Source: an uncultured Gammaproteobacteria bacterium (lineage in GTDB: Bacteria; Pseudomonadota; Gammaproteobacteria; CAWCPV01). From it: a stretch of 64,000 nucleotides of DNA. Below the pieces are notes generated by a model. It was given only the letters and a program-made list of their open reading frames with translations. It was not told the origin of the DNA and did not search any database. The stretch lies in NCBI GenBank assembly GCA_963797555.1, contig CAWCPV010000003.1:256001-320000 (forward strand). The letters run 5' to 3'. The position numbers were made by a program, and so were the translations under genes. Below, piece after piece: positions 10,824 to 22,305 of the stretch (position 1 is the first letter of the stretch; each line of letters starts with the position of its first letter).

Positions 10824-11673
10824 CCTGCAAGGTTCCGCCTTCTGCCTCCTCACGACCCCGCGGCCCCAGCAGACGCACGTGCACCTGCTGCCCCATTCGC
10901 CCAACGGCAGACCCAGTCATCAGCACCGCATCACCCGCCCAGCGCAGGCAGCCCTTGAGGCTGCTCCTCGCATGCCGGGCGTTCGCTCCCAACCGCCACA
11001 GGGCCACCCATTCGCTCGGCTGTCCGGCGGCGCCCCACACCAAACGTGCCATCGATAATCCGCGCCCCCCTGGGACCATCGCCGCAAGCAGCGGCCCAGG
11101 CACCGGCTCGTCGGCGGGATCGACCACGGCGCGTACCACCAGGAACGGGAGGCGAGCCTCCACAGCCGCCTCGGCCACGGCACCACTCTCCATGTCCACC
11201 GCAACCGCAGCATAGCGCTCCCAAAGCGCACGCTTGGCGGAGACGCTGGAAATCAGCCGCGCGGCGCCGAGAACCCTGCCGGTGTGCACGGAAACACGGG
11301 CGTCCAAGCACTCAATCGCGCGTCTGTGCCAATCGGCGTCCACCTCGAACACGGCCTGGTCTTCCGAAACCAGGGCGGTGGGGAGCAGCAAGCTTCCGGG
11401 GCGAAGCGCCGGGTCCAGCGCCCCGGCAGTGCCCCAACTGAGTAGGGCGCTGACCCCTTCGCTCAGCAAGCGCTGCGCCGCCGCTCTCGCCCGCTGCGCG
11501 CCGATGCCCGACACGGCGAGCAGCGCCCCGCTGCGCAAGCGCCAGACACCCGCCGAGTGCAGGAGTCTCGGCCCCAGCAGGGGCCGCGCCTCCCATGGCA
11601 ACGCCGAGACGATCCCGATACCCGCTATGTCGGGCGCTCCTGCAACAAGGCGCCATAGCGCGCCAGCGCCCAC
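10816..11673 (-). CDS. hpnG: Hopanoid-associated nucleoside phosphorylase HpnG (true start probably near 11625)
   Basis: GIVSALPWEA, SWGTAGALDP, AVDMESGAVA; directly after shc. Confidence 0.88.
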   Translation of the reverse strand: MGAGALWRLVAGAPDIAGIGIVSALPWEARPLLGPRLLHSAGVWRLRSGALLAVSGIGAQRARAAAQRLLSEGVSALLSWGTAGALDPALRPGSLLLPTALVSEDQAVFEVDADWHRRAIECLDARVSVHTGRVLGAARLISSVSAKRALWERYAAVAVDMESGAVAEAAVEARLPFLVVRAVVDPADEPVPGPLLAAMVPGGRGLSMARLVWGAAGQPSEWVALWRLGANARHARSSLKGCLRWAGDAVLMTGSAVGRMGQQVHVRLLGPRGREEAEGGTLQDE

Positions 11674-13577
11674 AGCGGGAAATACTTATCGTATCCGTGG
11701 TACTTGAGGTAGAAGACGCGCGGAAAACCTGGCGCCGTGAACCAATCGTCCCGCCACAGACCGCCTTCCTCCTGAGCCCGCAGCAAATAGTCAATACCCC
11801 GACGCATGGCCGCGCCATCCACCTCGCCCGCCGCCATGAGCGCAAGCAATGCCCATGCTGTCTGAAAGGAAGTGCTCGCGGGACCCCGGCCGGCCGTGCC
11901 GGGGTCGAAGTAGCTGCCATTGTCCTCCCCCCAGCCACCGTCAGGACGCTGCACGCCGCGCAGCCACTCGACTGCCCGCCGCACCGCCGGGTCGTCCGGG
12001 GGCACGCCGGCCTCCTCGAATGCCGCCAGGACCGACCAAGTGCCGTAGATATAGTTCGTACCCCATCGGCCGAACCACGAGCCATCGGTCTCTTGCTCGC
12101 TGCGCAGGAATGCGAGCGTGGCCTGCGCGACCTCCCGGTAGCGGCCCTCTCTGGCGTTCAGCCGCGAGAACGCTGCCAAGCAGCGCGCGCTCACGTCGCT
12201 GGTCGGCGGGTCGAGCAGTGCGCCGTGATCCGCAAAGGGGATCTCGTTCAAGTGGTAATGCGTGTTGTCCGCATCGAACGCGGCAAATCCTCCGTTCGCG
12301 GACTGCATGCCGCAAAGCCAGTGGGCCGCCCGCCGCGCCGACTCCCGGTACTTTTCGTGAGGCGATCTGTCCATGGCCCATACTACGACGCCGGTATCGT
12401 CCAGATCAGGATAGTAGGCGTTCTCGAACTGGAACGGCCACCCGCCCCCCTCCAAGCCGGGGCGGGACTCCCGCCAGTCCCCTGGTGCTTCCAGCAGTTG
12501 TCGGTCCTTCAGCCAGTCCAAGGCTTTTTCGGCAGCCGCCCGAGACGGCTCGTCGCCCACCTCCTGCAACGCCATGCATGCAAGCGCGGTATCCCACACT
12601 GGAGACACGCAGGGCTGACAGTAGGCGGAGCGCTCCCCCACGACGAGCAACCGTTCGATCGCATCCCGCGCGCTGATCCGCTGGGGATGCTCGTCCGGGT
12701 AGCCGAGAAGGGCCAGCGCCTCATACGCATTGACCATGGCCGGGAATATGGCCCCCAGCCCCCCCGTGCCATTCAGCCTCTCCACGAACCATGCTTCGGC
12801 CTTCCTCACGGCGCGGCGCCGCAGCCACGCGGGTACGAAACGCTCGAGGGCCCTGCCCACCTTGTCCAGCGATAGGAACACGTGGTTCAGCCGCGAGCGG
12901 ACCGGAAAATAATGCCGCTCGTCTTCGGGCCGGACCGTGAACAGCTCTCGAATGCCAATGTCCCGCGGGTTCTTGGCCTGCGCCTTCAGGCTGCACAAGA
13001 TGAGCAGCGGCACCATGACCGTGCGCGACCAGTAGGAGACCTTGCTCAGATGGAACGGGAACCAGCGCGGCAGCAAGACGATCTCGACCGGCATGAACGG
13101 CACCGCACGCCAGGGGACTTGGCCGAACATGGCCAGCGCGATCCGGGTAAAGACATTGGACCGCGCGGCTCCGCCATGATTCAGGACGGCCTCGCGAGCA
13201 CGCGCCATGTGCGGCGCCTCTACGGAGTCCCCGGCGAGCTTCAGGGCGTAATACGCCTTCACCGAGCAGCTAATGTCGAAGGGGCCTCCGTGGTAGAGCG
13301 GCCACCCGCCGGCGGCGGTCTGGTGATCCCGGAGATACACGGCAAGGCGCGCCTGCAGGCCCTGATCGATTTCATCCATGTAGTGCATCATCAGGATGTA
13401 CTCGGCGGGAATGGTACAGTCCGCCTCCAGCTCGAAACTCCAAAAGCCATCCCGATGCTGAACAGCCAACAGTGCGTCGCGCGCCCGTTCAATGGCATTG
13501 CCCAGCCTTCCCGGCCGCACGCCGGTATGACTGTCCGGCGCGAGGCGCTGCGTCACCACCGACGAACCCGCTGGCAT
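11625..13577 (-). CDS. shc: Squalene-hopene cyclase
   Basis: DLDDTG (DxDD), QW repeats, GFPRVFYLKYHGY. Confidence 0.97.
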   Translation of the reverse strand: MPAGSSVVTQRLAPDSHTGVRPGRLGNAIERARDALLAVQHRDGFWSFELEADCTIPAEYILMMHYMDEIDQGLQARLAVYLRDHQTAAGGWPLYHGGPFDISCSVKAYYALKLAGDSVEAPHMARAREAVLNHGGAARSNVFTRIALAMFGQVPWRAVPFMPVEIVLLPRWFPFHLSKVSYWSRTVMVPLLILCSLKAQAKNPRDIGIRELFTVRPEDERHYFPVRSRLNHVFLSLDKVGRALERFVPAWLRRRAVRKAEAWFVERLNGTGGLGAIFPAMVNAYEALALLGYPDEHPQRISARDAIERLLVVGERSAYCQPCVSPVWDTALACMALQEVGDEPSRAAAEKALDWLKDRQLLEAPGDWRESRPGLEGGGWPFQFENAYYPDLDDTGVVVWAMDRSPHEKYRESARRAAHWLCGMQSANGGFAAFDADNTHYHLNEIPFADHGALLDPPTSDVSARCLAAFSRLNAREGRYREVAQATLAFLRSEQETDGSWFGRWGTNYIYGTWSVLAAFEEAGVPPDDPAVRRAVEWLRGVQRPDGGWGEDNGSYFDPGTAGRGPASTSFQTAWALLALMAAGEVDGAAMRRGIDYLLRAQEEGGLWRDDWFTAPGFPRVFYLKYHGYDKYFPLWALARYGALLQERPT

Positions 13578-13656
13578 GCTTCAGTGTCCTCGCTTTGCGG
13601 AGCGATCGGGGTTCGCCCGATGACAGGCATGCATCGGCGGCAGCCAGTGCATGACC

Positions 13657-14751
13657 TCAGGCGCCGCGCACCTTCCGGTGCATCGCCCCACCACGGTCTG
13701 CTGACGCAGAGCGCCCGCGCGAACCATGCGCCGGCGGAAGCCCGCGGCCCGCAAGATAGAATAAACCCCGCAGCACAGTGTCGCTGCTGGCCGACAACCG
13801 CGCCAGGATGATGGTCGCCTTGACGCTGCGGCGCGAGATCTTCACCTCGCTGCCCGTAGTGAAGTTCGGGTGCTTATGAATCTTTCGCAGCGTGAGCACG
13901 GCCATCCCTATCGCCCATAGACAGAAGTTGCGAATGCCGGTCTCCCGTTTTGGAATTAGCAGGGTATAGGCGAGGGCGTTTTGGAGGTGGCCATGAGCCA
14001 CGCCGATCAGCCGCGCGAGCCCCAACCCGAAGCGCTCCTCGTAACGCCCAGGCGACAGCTCCCGCAGGTCGAAACCGACTTCGGCGAAAACGTCCTGGGG
14101 AAGCCAGCAGACGCCGCGGCCGCGGTCGTCCCAGAGGTCCTTCAGGATATTGGTCATCTGCAGGCCCTGCCCAAACGATACGGCCAGAGCGAGCAGGGCA
14201 TCCCGGTGTGCCGCAATCTCGGCGGAATAGTCGCAGAATAGCTTGGTGAGCATTTCCCCGACCACACCCGCCACGTGATAGCAATAGCGGTCCATCTGCG
14301 CCAGCCGCCCCAGCCCGTGTGGGCCATTGTTCTCCTGGAACTCGGCCATGCCGTCGGCCATGACCCGCACGCAACATTCCAGAGCCTCCTGCTGGGTAGC
14401 GGTGAAGCTCCGGGTCACCTCGATGACCCGCGGCGTATTGAGGATAAGCTCCCGCTCAGCCGCCAGGCTGCGCTCCGACAGCAGCGGGTAAATCTCCTCG
14501 GAGAAGATCTCCGGGGAGACATCGCCAGCGACCACTCGCACGAACTGTTCGCAGAACCGGCGCTTCTCCCCCGCGCTCAGAGCCACCTCGTCCTCGATGG
14601 TATCGACGATGCGGCACAGCAGGTAACCGTTCGCCACCACCCGCGCGAGCCGTTCCGGCAGCTGCGGTATGGTGAGCGCGAAAGTGCGCGACACGCCCTG
14701 CAGCATATATCCCTGGAGCGCCTGGTCCGAGATGGCGGCGGCCGGGTTCAT
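13657..14751 (-). CDS. Single-enzyme squalene synthase (phytoene/squalene synthase family)
   Basis: VSRTFALTI, YLLCRIVDTIEDE, YCYHVAGVVG, GLQMTNILKD. Confidence 0.9.
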   Translation of the reverse strand: MNPAAAISDQALQGYMLQGVSRTFALTIPQLPERLARVVANGYLLCRIVDTIEDEVALSAGEKRRFCEQFVRVVAGDVSPEIFSEEIYPLLSERSLAAERELILNTPRVIEVTRSFTATQQEALECCVRVMADGMAEFQENNGPHGLGRLAQMDRYCYHVAGVVGEMLTKLFCDYSAEIAAHRDALLALAVSFGQGLQMTNILKDLWDDRGRGVCWLPQDVFAEVGFDLRELSPGRYEERFGLGLARLIGVAHGHLQNALAYTLLIPKRETGIRNFCLWAIGMAVLTLRKIHKHPNFTTGSEVKISRRSVKATIILARLSASSDTVLRGLFYLAGRGLPPAHGSRGRSASADRGGAMHRKVRGA

Positions 14752-14904
14752 GGGGAGGTTCGCCAGCGGTCTTTGATTTTGGATTGAGCGCCTGGGTTTG
14801 CCGACGCACGCACGCCGGAGCGACCGGCCACAAGCACAAGATTCTAGCGTGTTTTTCGTGTATTCGGGATACCGTCCGGCACGACGGCAGCCTGCCAAGC
14901 GCCG

Positions 14905-16887
14905 CTAGCGCGCACAGCCTCGGGCACTTCCAGCCATTCCACCGAGACGTTGCAACACCGTTTGCACGATGCCCCCGGAGTCCAGGCCGCATTCGGCTAA
15001 TAGCTGCTCCCGCGAGCCATGCTCCAGGAATTGATCGGGCAGCCCCAAATTCATGAGCGGAACCAGCATTCCTCCTGCCGCCAGACACTCGTTGACGGCA
15101 CTGCCCGCACCGCCCGACACCGCATTGTCCTCCACCGTAACCAGTAGCTGATGCTCACCCGCCAGTCGCAGAACCAGATCTTCGTCTAGCGGTTTCACGA
15201 AACGCATATTGACCACAGTCGCGTCCAAGCGCCCCCCGGCTTCGAGAGCTGGCGCCAGCATGCAGCCAAACGCCAGAATGGCCACGCGGTGACCTCTCCT
15301 GCGCAGCTCCGCCCGTCCCACCTCCAGAGCCCTCATGGGCGCGCGCACAGGCACTCCGGGCCCACGGCCGCGCGGGTAACGCACCGCCGCCGGTCCCGGG
15401 TGCAGAAAGCCCGTGTACAGCATCTGCCGACATTCATCCTCGTCTGCGGGCGCCATCACGACCATGTTTGGGACACAACGCAAGTAGCTGAGGTCGAAGC
15501 TTCCCGCGTGCGTGGGACCGTCCGGGCCGACCACGCCTCCGCGATCGATCGCAAACAGCACGGGGAGGTTCTGGATGGCCACGTCGTGTATGAGCTGGTC
15601 ATAGGCACGCTGCAAGAAGGTGGAATAAATGGCCACGACCGGCTTGATACCCTCGCAGGCAAACCCCGCTGCGAGTGTCACCGCATGTTGCTCCGCGATG
15701 CCCACGTCGAAGTACCGGTCCGGAAACCGGCGAGCAAAGTCCACCATGCCGGAGCCTTCGCGCATGGCTGGCGTGATGCCGACCAGTCGCTCATCGCGCT
15801 CCGCCATGTCGCACAGCCATTCACCGAAGACCTGAGTATAGGCGGGTCCGCGACCCGGTGACCCGCACACCACGCCGGTCGTGGGGTCAAAGGGCCCCAC
15901 CCCGTGATAGGTGACCGGGTCACCCTCGGCCGGTCCGTAACCCTTACCCTTCTGCGTGGTCACGTGCAGGATACGCGGACCCCTGAGGGCTCTTAGATTC
16001 CGGAGAGTCGGAATCAAGGTATTGAGTTCGTGCCCATCTACCGGGCCGAAATAGCGGAAGCCAAGCTCCTCGAATAGCGTTCCTGGAGAGACCATGCCCT
16101 TCATGTGCTCTTCGGCGCGGCGCGCGAACTCCTCCACTGCCGGCATGTGGTGAAGGACCTTCTTGCCGCCCTCGCGCGCCGCATTGTACATCCTCCCGGT
16201 GAGAATCCTGGTCAGATAGGTCGACAGCGCGCCGACGTTTGGCGAGATCGACATCCTGTTATCGTTGAGGACAACGAGCAGGTCGGCCTTCATGCCCCCC
16301 GCGTGATTGAGCGCCTCGAACGCCATGCCGGCGGTCATCGCCCCGTCACCCACCACCGCCACCACCTTGCGTGGATGCTGGGTGCGGATTCCCGCTAAGA
16401 CCATGCCGAGCGCGGCGCTGATCGAGGTGCCCGCATGGGCGACGCCGAAACTGTCATAAGGACTCTCATCGCGTCGCGGAAATCCCGACAGCCCCCCCTT
16501 CTGGCGGATGGTACTTAGGCGCTGGCGGCGGCTGGTGACTATCTTGTGCGGATAGGCCTGGTGGCCCACGTCCCACACCAGACGATCCTCCGGCGTGTCG
16601 AAGACATAGTGCAAAGCCAGCGTCAGCTCCACGGCCCCGAGCCCCGCGGCCAGATGACCACCGCTGCGCGACACGGAGTCGATGAGAAATTCTCGAACCT
16701 CTCGGGCCAGCGGCTCCAGCGCGGACTCCGGCAGGCTGCGCAAGTCTTGGGGCGTATCCACTAGGTCCAGCAGCGGGTGACGACCATTGCCGACCATCTC
16801 CCACGGAACTGGAGCCCCACCGTAAGCTTCGGCTGCCGCGATGTCCTCCGACCCCATTTCCGTGGTCCCCCTTGATTGGCTCCTCAT
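14905..16887 (-). CDS. dxs: 1-deoxy-D-xylulose-5-phosphate synthase
   Basis: [40 protein letters not shown]. Confidence 0.96.
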   Translation of the reverse strand: MRSQSRGTTEMGSEDIAAAEAYGGAPVPWEMVGNGRHPLLDLVDTPQDLRSLPESALEPLAREVREFLIDSVSRSGGHLAAGLGAVELTLALHYVFDTPEDRLVWDVGHQAYPHKIVTSRRQRLSTIRQKGGLSGFPRRDESPYDSFGVAHAGTSISAALGMVLAGIRTQHPRKVVAVVGDGAMTAGMAFEALNHAGGMKADLLVVLNDNRMSISPNVGALSTYLTRILTGRMYNAAREGGKKVLHHMPAVEEFARRAEEHMKGMVSPGTLFEELGFRYFGPVDGHELNTLIPTLRNLRALRGPRILHVTTQKGKGYGPAEGDPVTYHGVGPFDPTTGVVCGSPGRGPAYTQVFGEWLCDMAERDERLVGITPAMREGSGMVDFARRFPDRYFDVGIAEQHAVTLAAGFACEGIKPVVAIYSTFLQRAYDQLIHDVAIQNLPVLFAIDRGGVVGPDGPTHAGSFDLSYLRCVPNMVVMAPADEDECRQMLYTGFLHPGPAAVRYPRGRGPGVPVRAPMRALEVGRAELRRRGHRVAILAFGCMLAPALEAGGRLDATVVNMRFVKPLDEDLVLRLAGEHQLLVTVEDNAVSGGAGSAVNECLAAGGMLVPLMNLGLPDQFLEHGSREQLLAECGLDSGGIVQTVLQRLGGMAGSARGCAR

Positions 16888-17336
16888 GCGCGTGCCGAAC
16901 CCCGCTCAGCCCGGGCGGGACACGCCGAGCCGCTTCGTCGCCGCCATCCGTGGCGCCTATCGCGCGCGGGAGATAGCATTACAGACCTGAATGCGCAGCG
17001 CAATGCCCCGCCTTAAGACTTCAGTTGACGGTCGATAGCAGGACATCCGTATCACGGCGCGCCGCCACCCACATGCTGCTCGGATTGTGCCGAAGCTTCC
17101 GAGTTCCCTTTGCAGAGCCCGCAGCGGCAAGTCCGACCGCCCACCGGACCGCACCGCGCGTCCGGGGCGCTCGCCGGGCCACCACGCACGACCCGCAGTC
17201 CGAACCAACTTTACAAGTACGGGTCCTTGTGATCTAATGGCGGCCATCTGCGGTATCATCTCGGCAGCCGCGTGTACCGGCCTCTGAGCACACTCCGCGG
17301 CCTGCCGAGATGTCTCGATCCCAATGGGGAGGGTGG

Positions 17337-18299
17337 ATGCAGGTCATACTGGCACAGCCGCGGGGTTTCTGCGCAGGGGTTGTGCGCGCCATCGAGATCG
17401 TCGAGCGTGCCCTAGAAATCTATGGGCCGCCCGTTTACGTCCTGCACGAGATCGTGCACAACCAGCACGTCGTAGAGGGCCTGCGCGCCCGCGGTGTGGT
17501 GTTCGTGGAAAACCTCGACGAGGTCCCGCCAAGGGCGGTCACTATCTTCAGCGCTCACGGCGTGTCCACTACGGTCGTCGAGGCGGCCAGGAAGCGGCAG
17601 TTGGAGGTGGTCGATGCGACCTGTCCGCTGGTCACCAAGGTGCACCTGCAAGCCCAGCGCTATAGCCAGCGAGGCTACGAGGTCATCATCATCGGCCATC
17701 TCGGGCATCCCGAGGTGGAGGGCACACGTGGGCGCGTGCCCGGTGCGGTGTACGTCGTATCGGGCCGGGAGGACGTGGACGACCTCGAAGTGCGGGACCC
17801 CGAGCGTCTGGCCTACGTAACGCAGACGACCCTCAGCATCGACGACACGCGCGACGTGATCGACGCCCTGAGACGCCGCTTCCCGTCCATTCAGGGTCCC
17901 GAGCTGGATGGGATCTGTTACGCCACTCAGAACCGCCAGAACGCAGTCCGGCAACTGGCGGCGACGGTCGACCTGTTGCTGGTGGTCGGGGCTCGCAACA
18001 GCTCCAACTCCAATCGACTGCGCGAGGTGGGCGAGCATGCCGAGGTGCGGGCCCACTTAGTGCAGGACGCCGAGGAGCTGGACCGGTCTTGGTTCGCGCG
18101 TGGTGTGCGCGTCGGGGTGACCGCGGGCGCGTCGACACCGGAGATCCTGGTGCAGGGGGTGCTGGATCGTCTGCGCACCTTCGGTGTGGAACAGGTATCG
18201 GAGCTTCCTGCTGAACCCGAAAAGACCACCTTCCGTCTGCCAGCCTCCCTATTGCGAAGAGCGCCCTCCGTTAAAACTTGCCCGCCTTACAAGCCTTAG
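17337..18299 (+). CDS. ispH: HMBPP reductase
   Basis: [28 protein letters not shown]. Confidence 0.96.
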   Translation: MQVILAQPRGFCAGVVRAIEIVERALEIYGPPVYVLHEIVHNQHVVEGLRARGVVFVENLDEVPPRAVTIFSAHGVSTTVVEAARKRQLEVVDATCPLVTKVHLQAQRYSQRGYEVIIIGHLGHPEVEGTRGRVPGAVYVVSGREDVDDLEVRDPERLAYVTQTTLSIDDTRDVIDALRRRFPSIQGPELDGICYATQNRQNAVRQLAATVDLLLVVGARNSSNSNRLREVGEHAEVRAHLVQDAEELDRSWFARGVRVGVTAGASTPEILVQGVLDRLRTFGVEQVSELPAEPEKTTFRLPASLLRRAPSVKTCPPYKP

Positions 18300-18308
18300 G
18301 AGCCCGCC

Positions 18309-19427
18309 ATGAGCGTTCCACTGCGACAACAGCTCCGCGTCGGCACGTACATACTGCGCCAGAAGCTACGCCGCGTCGATCGGTATCCGTTGGTGCTCAT
18401 GTTGGAGCCCCTCTTCCGCTGCAATCTGGCGTGCGCCGGCTGCGGCAAGATCGACTATCCGGAAGAGATCCTGAACCGGCGTCTGAGCGTGGAGGAATGC
18501 CTAGCGGCGGTCGATGAATGCGGGGCGCCCATCGTCTCCATCCCGGGTGGGGAACCGCTCATCCACAAAGAAATGCCCCAGATCGTGGAGGGCATCATAG
18601 AGCGCAAGAAGTTCGTCTACCTGTGCACCAACGCACTGCTCTTGAAGAAGCGCATCGGTGAGTATCGGCCTTCTCCCTACCTGACCTTCTCCATTCACCT
18701 GGATGGGAACCGCGCGCGGCACGATGCCTCCGTGTGCCAGGAGGGGGTCTTCGACAAGGCGGTGGAAGCGATCAGGCTGGCCCGCAGCAAGGGTTTTCGC
18801 GTAACAGTCAACTGCACGCTGTTCAAGGAAGAGTCGCCGCCGGAGATCGCCGATTTCTTCGACTTCGCGATGAAGCTCGGAGTGGAGGGCGTCACCGTCT
18901 CGCCGGGGTTCAATTATTCCCGAGCACCGCAGCAAGAGGTCTTTCTGGAGCGGCATGCCAGCAAACAGCTGTTTCGCGACATCTTCAGGCTGGGGAAACG
19001 CCGCGGGTGGAAGTTCACCCAGTCCAGTCTGTTTCTGGATTTCCTCGCGGGAAACCAAACCTATCAGTGCACCCCATGGGGAAACCCTACTCGGAACGTG
19101 TTTGGCTGGCAGAAACCTTGTTACCTCCTCGTGGACGAGGGTTATGCTCCGACCTTCAGGGTTCTCATGGAACAGACGGAATGGGAGAATTACGGGGTAG
19201 GAAACAACCCGAAGTGCGCACAATGCATGATGCACTGCGGCTTCGAGCCCACCGCCGTCAACGACACTCTGGCACACCCCTTGAAGGCGCTCCGGGTCGC
19301 ACTCATGGGTCCGCGCACCTCGGGACCCATGGCACTCGATCCGCCCAACCGCTACATCGATGCTCCAGCCTCCGCATCCGCGCCGATCACCATCCGCGCG
19401 ACGGCAGAACGCGAAGGCGTGAGTTAG
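18309..19427 (+). CDS. hpnH: Adenosyl-hopene transferase HpnH (radical SAM)
   Basis: YPLVLMLEPLFRCNLACAGCGKI. Confidence 0.96.
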   Translation: MSVPLRQQLRVGTYILRQKLRRVDRYPLVLMLEPLFRCNLACAGCGKIDYPEEILNRRLSVEECLAAVDECGAPIVSIPGGEPLIHKEMPQIVEGIIERKKFVYLCTNALLLKKRIGEYRPSPYLTFSIHLDGNRARHDASVCQEGVFDKAVEAIRLARSKGFRVTVNCTLFKEESPPEIADFFDFAMKLGVEGVTVSPGFNYSRAPQQEVFLERHASKQLFRDIFRLGKRRGWKFTQSSLFLDFLAGNQTYQCTPWGNPTRNVFGWQKPCYLLVDEGYAPTFRVLMEQTEWENYGVGNNPKCAQCMMHCGFEPTAVNDTLAHPLKALRVALMGPRTSGPMALDPPNRYIDAPASASAPITIRATAEREGVS

Positions 19428-19486
19428 CCGAGCACTTTGTATGCTGCGTCACAGGCGGGCGTTTCCGGTGCCGACCACGATAGTGC

Positions 19487-20686
19487 TTGGCGCGATGCGG
19501 GGATGAAATTCGAGCATTCCCGGGCCGATCTCCGGTGACCTTGAGCTGCGAGATCGTCACAGCGGCGGCTCTGGGGTTATGGACCGTTGTCCTGTTGTTA
19601 CCCTGGCGCCCGTGGCAGACCGGCGAACGGCTCGACAATGCTGCGTCCGGCGATTCGCAGGATCTCCAGGATCTAAGCGACGTCACTGCGCTGGTGCCCG
19701 CCCGTAACGAGGCGCAGAACATCGCTGCGGCGCTCAAGTCGCTGCATGCCCAGGGCTCAGGTCTGCACATCGTCCTGATCGACGATGAGTCCACGGATGA
19801 GACGCCTCAGCTTGCGCGGCGCGCGCTCCCCGATCGCCTGAAGGTCATCACCGGGGCACCGCTTCCTCCCGGTTGGACCGGCAAGCTCTGGGCCCTCGAG
19901 CAGGGTAGACGTGAGATCGGCCGTCCCCTGGTGTTGCTGATGGACGCGGATATCGCGCTCGCCCCGGGCACGCTGGTCGCGCTGCGGCGCAAACTGCGAG
20001 CCGACGGGTTGGGTCTCGTATCGCTGATGGCCGCCCCCGGGATCGAGTCGCTGTGGGAACGGCTGCTGATGCCGGCGTTCGTCTATTTCTTCAAGCTCCT
20101 CTACCCGTTCCGGCTGGCAAACTCCGGACACCGCTGGGTCGCCGCCGCAGCCGGCGGGTGCATCCTGGTGCAGGCGCGGCTTCTCGAGGAAATCGGCGGC
20201 TTCGAGGCTATCCGGGGAGCTATCATCGATGATTGCTCCTTGGCGCGGCGCGCGCGGGCGGCGGGATACCGCACCTGGATCGGACTCACGCATTCGGCCC
20301 GGATGCTGCGGCACTATGGGCTCGGCGACATCTGGGAGATGATTTCCCGGACTGCCTACACGCAGCTTCGTTACTCCCTGCCGCTGCTCGTCCTGTGCAG
20401 TGGCCTCCTGCTTCTGGCATTCGTCGTGCCCGTCGCCGGACTGGCGTTTCCCGGGCCTCGATCGGCACCGATGTCGGTTCTGACCTGCCTGATCATGGCA
20501 CGAACATATCTGCCGGTGCTCCGCTATTACGGCGTTCCCGCGCCGTGGGCCCTGGCCCTCCCCGCCGCCGGCACCCTCTATCTCGCAATGACTTGGACGT
20601 TGGCTCTGCGATACTGGCAAGGACAGCGTTCCCGATGGAAGGACCGGACTTACTCCGAGAGCCTAGCGGGAACGGCTCACCGATGA
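19487..20686 (+). CDS. hpnB: Hopanoid-associated GT2 glycosyltransferase HpnB (start uncertain)
   Basis: PARNEA, LPPGWTGKLWA, AIIDDCSLA, RTAYTQLRYS. Confidence 0.88.
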   Translation: MARCGDEIRAFPGRSPVTLSCEIVTAAALGLWTVVLLLPWRPWQTGERLDNAASGDSQDLQDLSDVTALVPARNEAQNIAAALKSLHAQGSGLHIVLIDDESTDETPQLARRALPDRLKVITGAPLPPGWTGKLWALEQGRREIGRPLVLLMDADIALAPGTLVALRRKLRADGLGLVSLMAAPGIESLWERLLMPAFVYFFKLLYPFRLANSGHRWVAAAAGGCILVQARLLEEIGGFEAIRGAIIDDCSLARRARAAGYRTWIGLTHSARMLRHYGLGDIWEMISRTAYTQLRYSLPLLVLCSGLLLLAFVVPVAGLAFPGPRSAPMSVLTCLIMARTYLPVLRYYGVPAPWALALPAAGTLYLAMTWTLALRYWQGQRSRWKDRTYSESLAGTAHR

Positions 20687-20801
20687 GTGGGTTCGACGGT
20701 ACCAGTCCCGGGCCCGGGCAGCGTAGATGGGCGCCGAAAGCGCTCCGAGTCTTCGCGCAACCCGGCTCCGAGCACCTATTCAACTCCGAGGAAACCTTTC
20801 G

Positions 20802-21431
20802 ATGAGCACAGACTTCACCGCGTCCCTTCGGTGGCGCATCGCATCGTTGGCGCTGCTGGCGGTATGGGTGTCGTTTGCACCCGCCGACGAGCCGGACGCG
20901 AAACAGGTGATCACGCAGTTTCAGGACACGCTTATCGGTGTGATGAAAGACGCCAAGTCCCTGGGGTACAAGGGCCGGTACGACAAGCTAGCGCCCGAGG
21001 TGCAGGCCAGCCACGACCTCCCTCTCATCGCTCGGATCTCCGCAGGGCAGTATTGGGACGGGCTCAACGAGCAGCAACGTGCGCTGCTCATCAAGACTTT
21101 CACCGAACTCAGCGTCGCGACCTATGCGTCGCGCTTCGACGAGTATAGCGGCGAACACTTCCAGATGGTCGGCGAACAACCCCTGCGACGCGGCGACATA
21201 CTGGTTCAGTCCGTGCTGATCAAGGCAAACGGAGACAAGGTGCACTTCGACTACCAGCTCCGCAAGACCGAGAACGCGTGGCGCATCATCAACATCGTGG
21301 TGGATGGAGTGAGCGACCTCGCCCTCAAGCGGGCAGAGTACACCAGCATCCTACAGGAGAAGGGCTTCGACGCTCTGCTTGCCAAGCTGAACGACAAGAT
21401 CGCACGGTACGAGAAGGGGAAAACCACATGA
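20802..21431 (+). CDS. hpnM: HpnM/MlaC-family periplasmic lipid-binding protein
   Basis: Signal peptide; WRIINIVVDGVSDLALKRAEY. Confidence 0.85.
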   Translation: MSTDFTASLRWRIASLALLAVWVSFAPADEPDAKQVITQFQDTLIGVMKDAKSLGYKGRYDKLAPEVQASHDLPLIARISAGQYWDGLNEQQRALLIKTFTELSVATYASRFDEYSGEHFQMVGEQPLRRGDILVQSVLIKANGDKVHFDYQLRKTENAWRIINIVVDGVSDLALKRAEYTSILQEKGFDALLAKLNDKIARYEKGKTT

Positions 21432-22279
21432 GCGCCGGCCCATTCGCCCAACCGCGCGGTCCCTGGACGGGCTCGTCGACCAGCACAGAGGGCACATTGA
21501 TCCTGATGCGCCACAGGCGCTCCCTTGCTGAGGCCGCCCTGTGCCTCACCTTGCTTCTGGGGTCCGGATGCGCCACGACCCCCCCCGGCGAGGGCACCTA
21601 CGACCCCATCGAGCCGATGAACCGGCGCATCTATAAGTTCAACGACACCATAGACAAGGCTGTGCTGAAACCCGTGGCCGACTTCTACGTGCGTGTCACC
21701 CCGCAGCCGGTTCGAACCTCGGTCTCGAACTTCTTCAATAACGTGGCCTACCCGAACGTCATTCTCAACGACTTTCTGCAGGGGAAACTGCCGCAGTTTC
21801 TGGATGACGTAGGACGCTTCACCGTAAACAGCACGCTGGGCATCGGCGGACTCTTCGACGTGGCCACCCAGATGGGAATGAAGCCGCACGAGGAGGACTT
21901 GGGCATTACGCTCGGAACCTGGGGTTCGCCGCAGGGAGCATACCTGGTCCTGCCGCTGCTCGGCCCGAACACGGTGCGGGATGCCCCTAACCTCGTGTTG
22001 GCGGCCGTTACGAATGGCCTCTTCTATATCGGTACTGCAGCGGTCACTATACCGCTCAGCGTGCTCGGCGTGATCGACACCCGCGCCAAGGCGAGCAATG
22101 CCATCCGCTTCGTGAACGAAGCCGCCCTCGACCCCTATGTGTTTACGCGGGAGGCGTATGTGCAGAGGCGCATATTCCTCATCTACGGCGGGCACCCTCC
22201 GGCTCAATTCTTCGAGGAAGATACCGGTGAGGACACCACACCGCCCAAGGAGCCCAAGTCGCAGCTCCCTGCTAAGTAA
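21428..22279 (+). CDS. VacJ/MlaA-family lipoprotein
   Basis: Lipobox GSGC; DPIEPMNR, EDLGITLG, YLVLPLLGP; start 21428 or about 21506. Confidence 0.9.
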   Translation: MSAGPFAQPRGPWTGSSTSTEGTLILMRHRRSLAEAALCLTLLLGSGCATTPPGEGTYDPIEPMNRRIYKFNDTIDKAVLKPVADFYVRVTPQPVRTSVSNFFNNVAYPNVILNDFLQGKLPQFLDDVGRFTVNSTLGIGGLFDVATQMGMKPHEEDLGITLGTWGSPQGAYLVLPLLGPNTVRDAPNLVLAAVTNGLFYIGTAAVTIPLSVLGVIDTRAKASNAIRFVNEAALDPYVFTREAYVQRRIFLIYGGHPPAQFFEEDTGEDTTPPKEPKSQLPAK

Positions 22280-22305
22280 GGTGCCGCCGGGGCTGGGGCG
22301 ATGCG

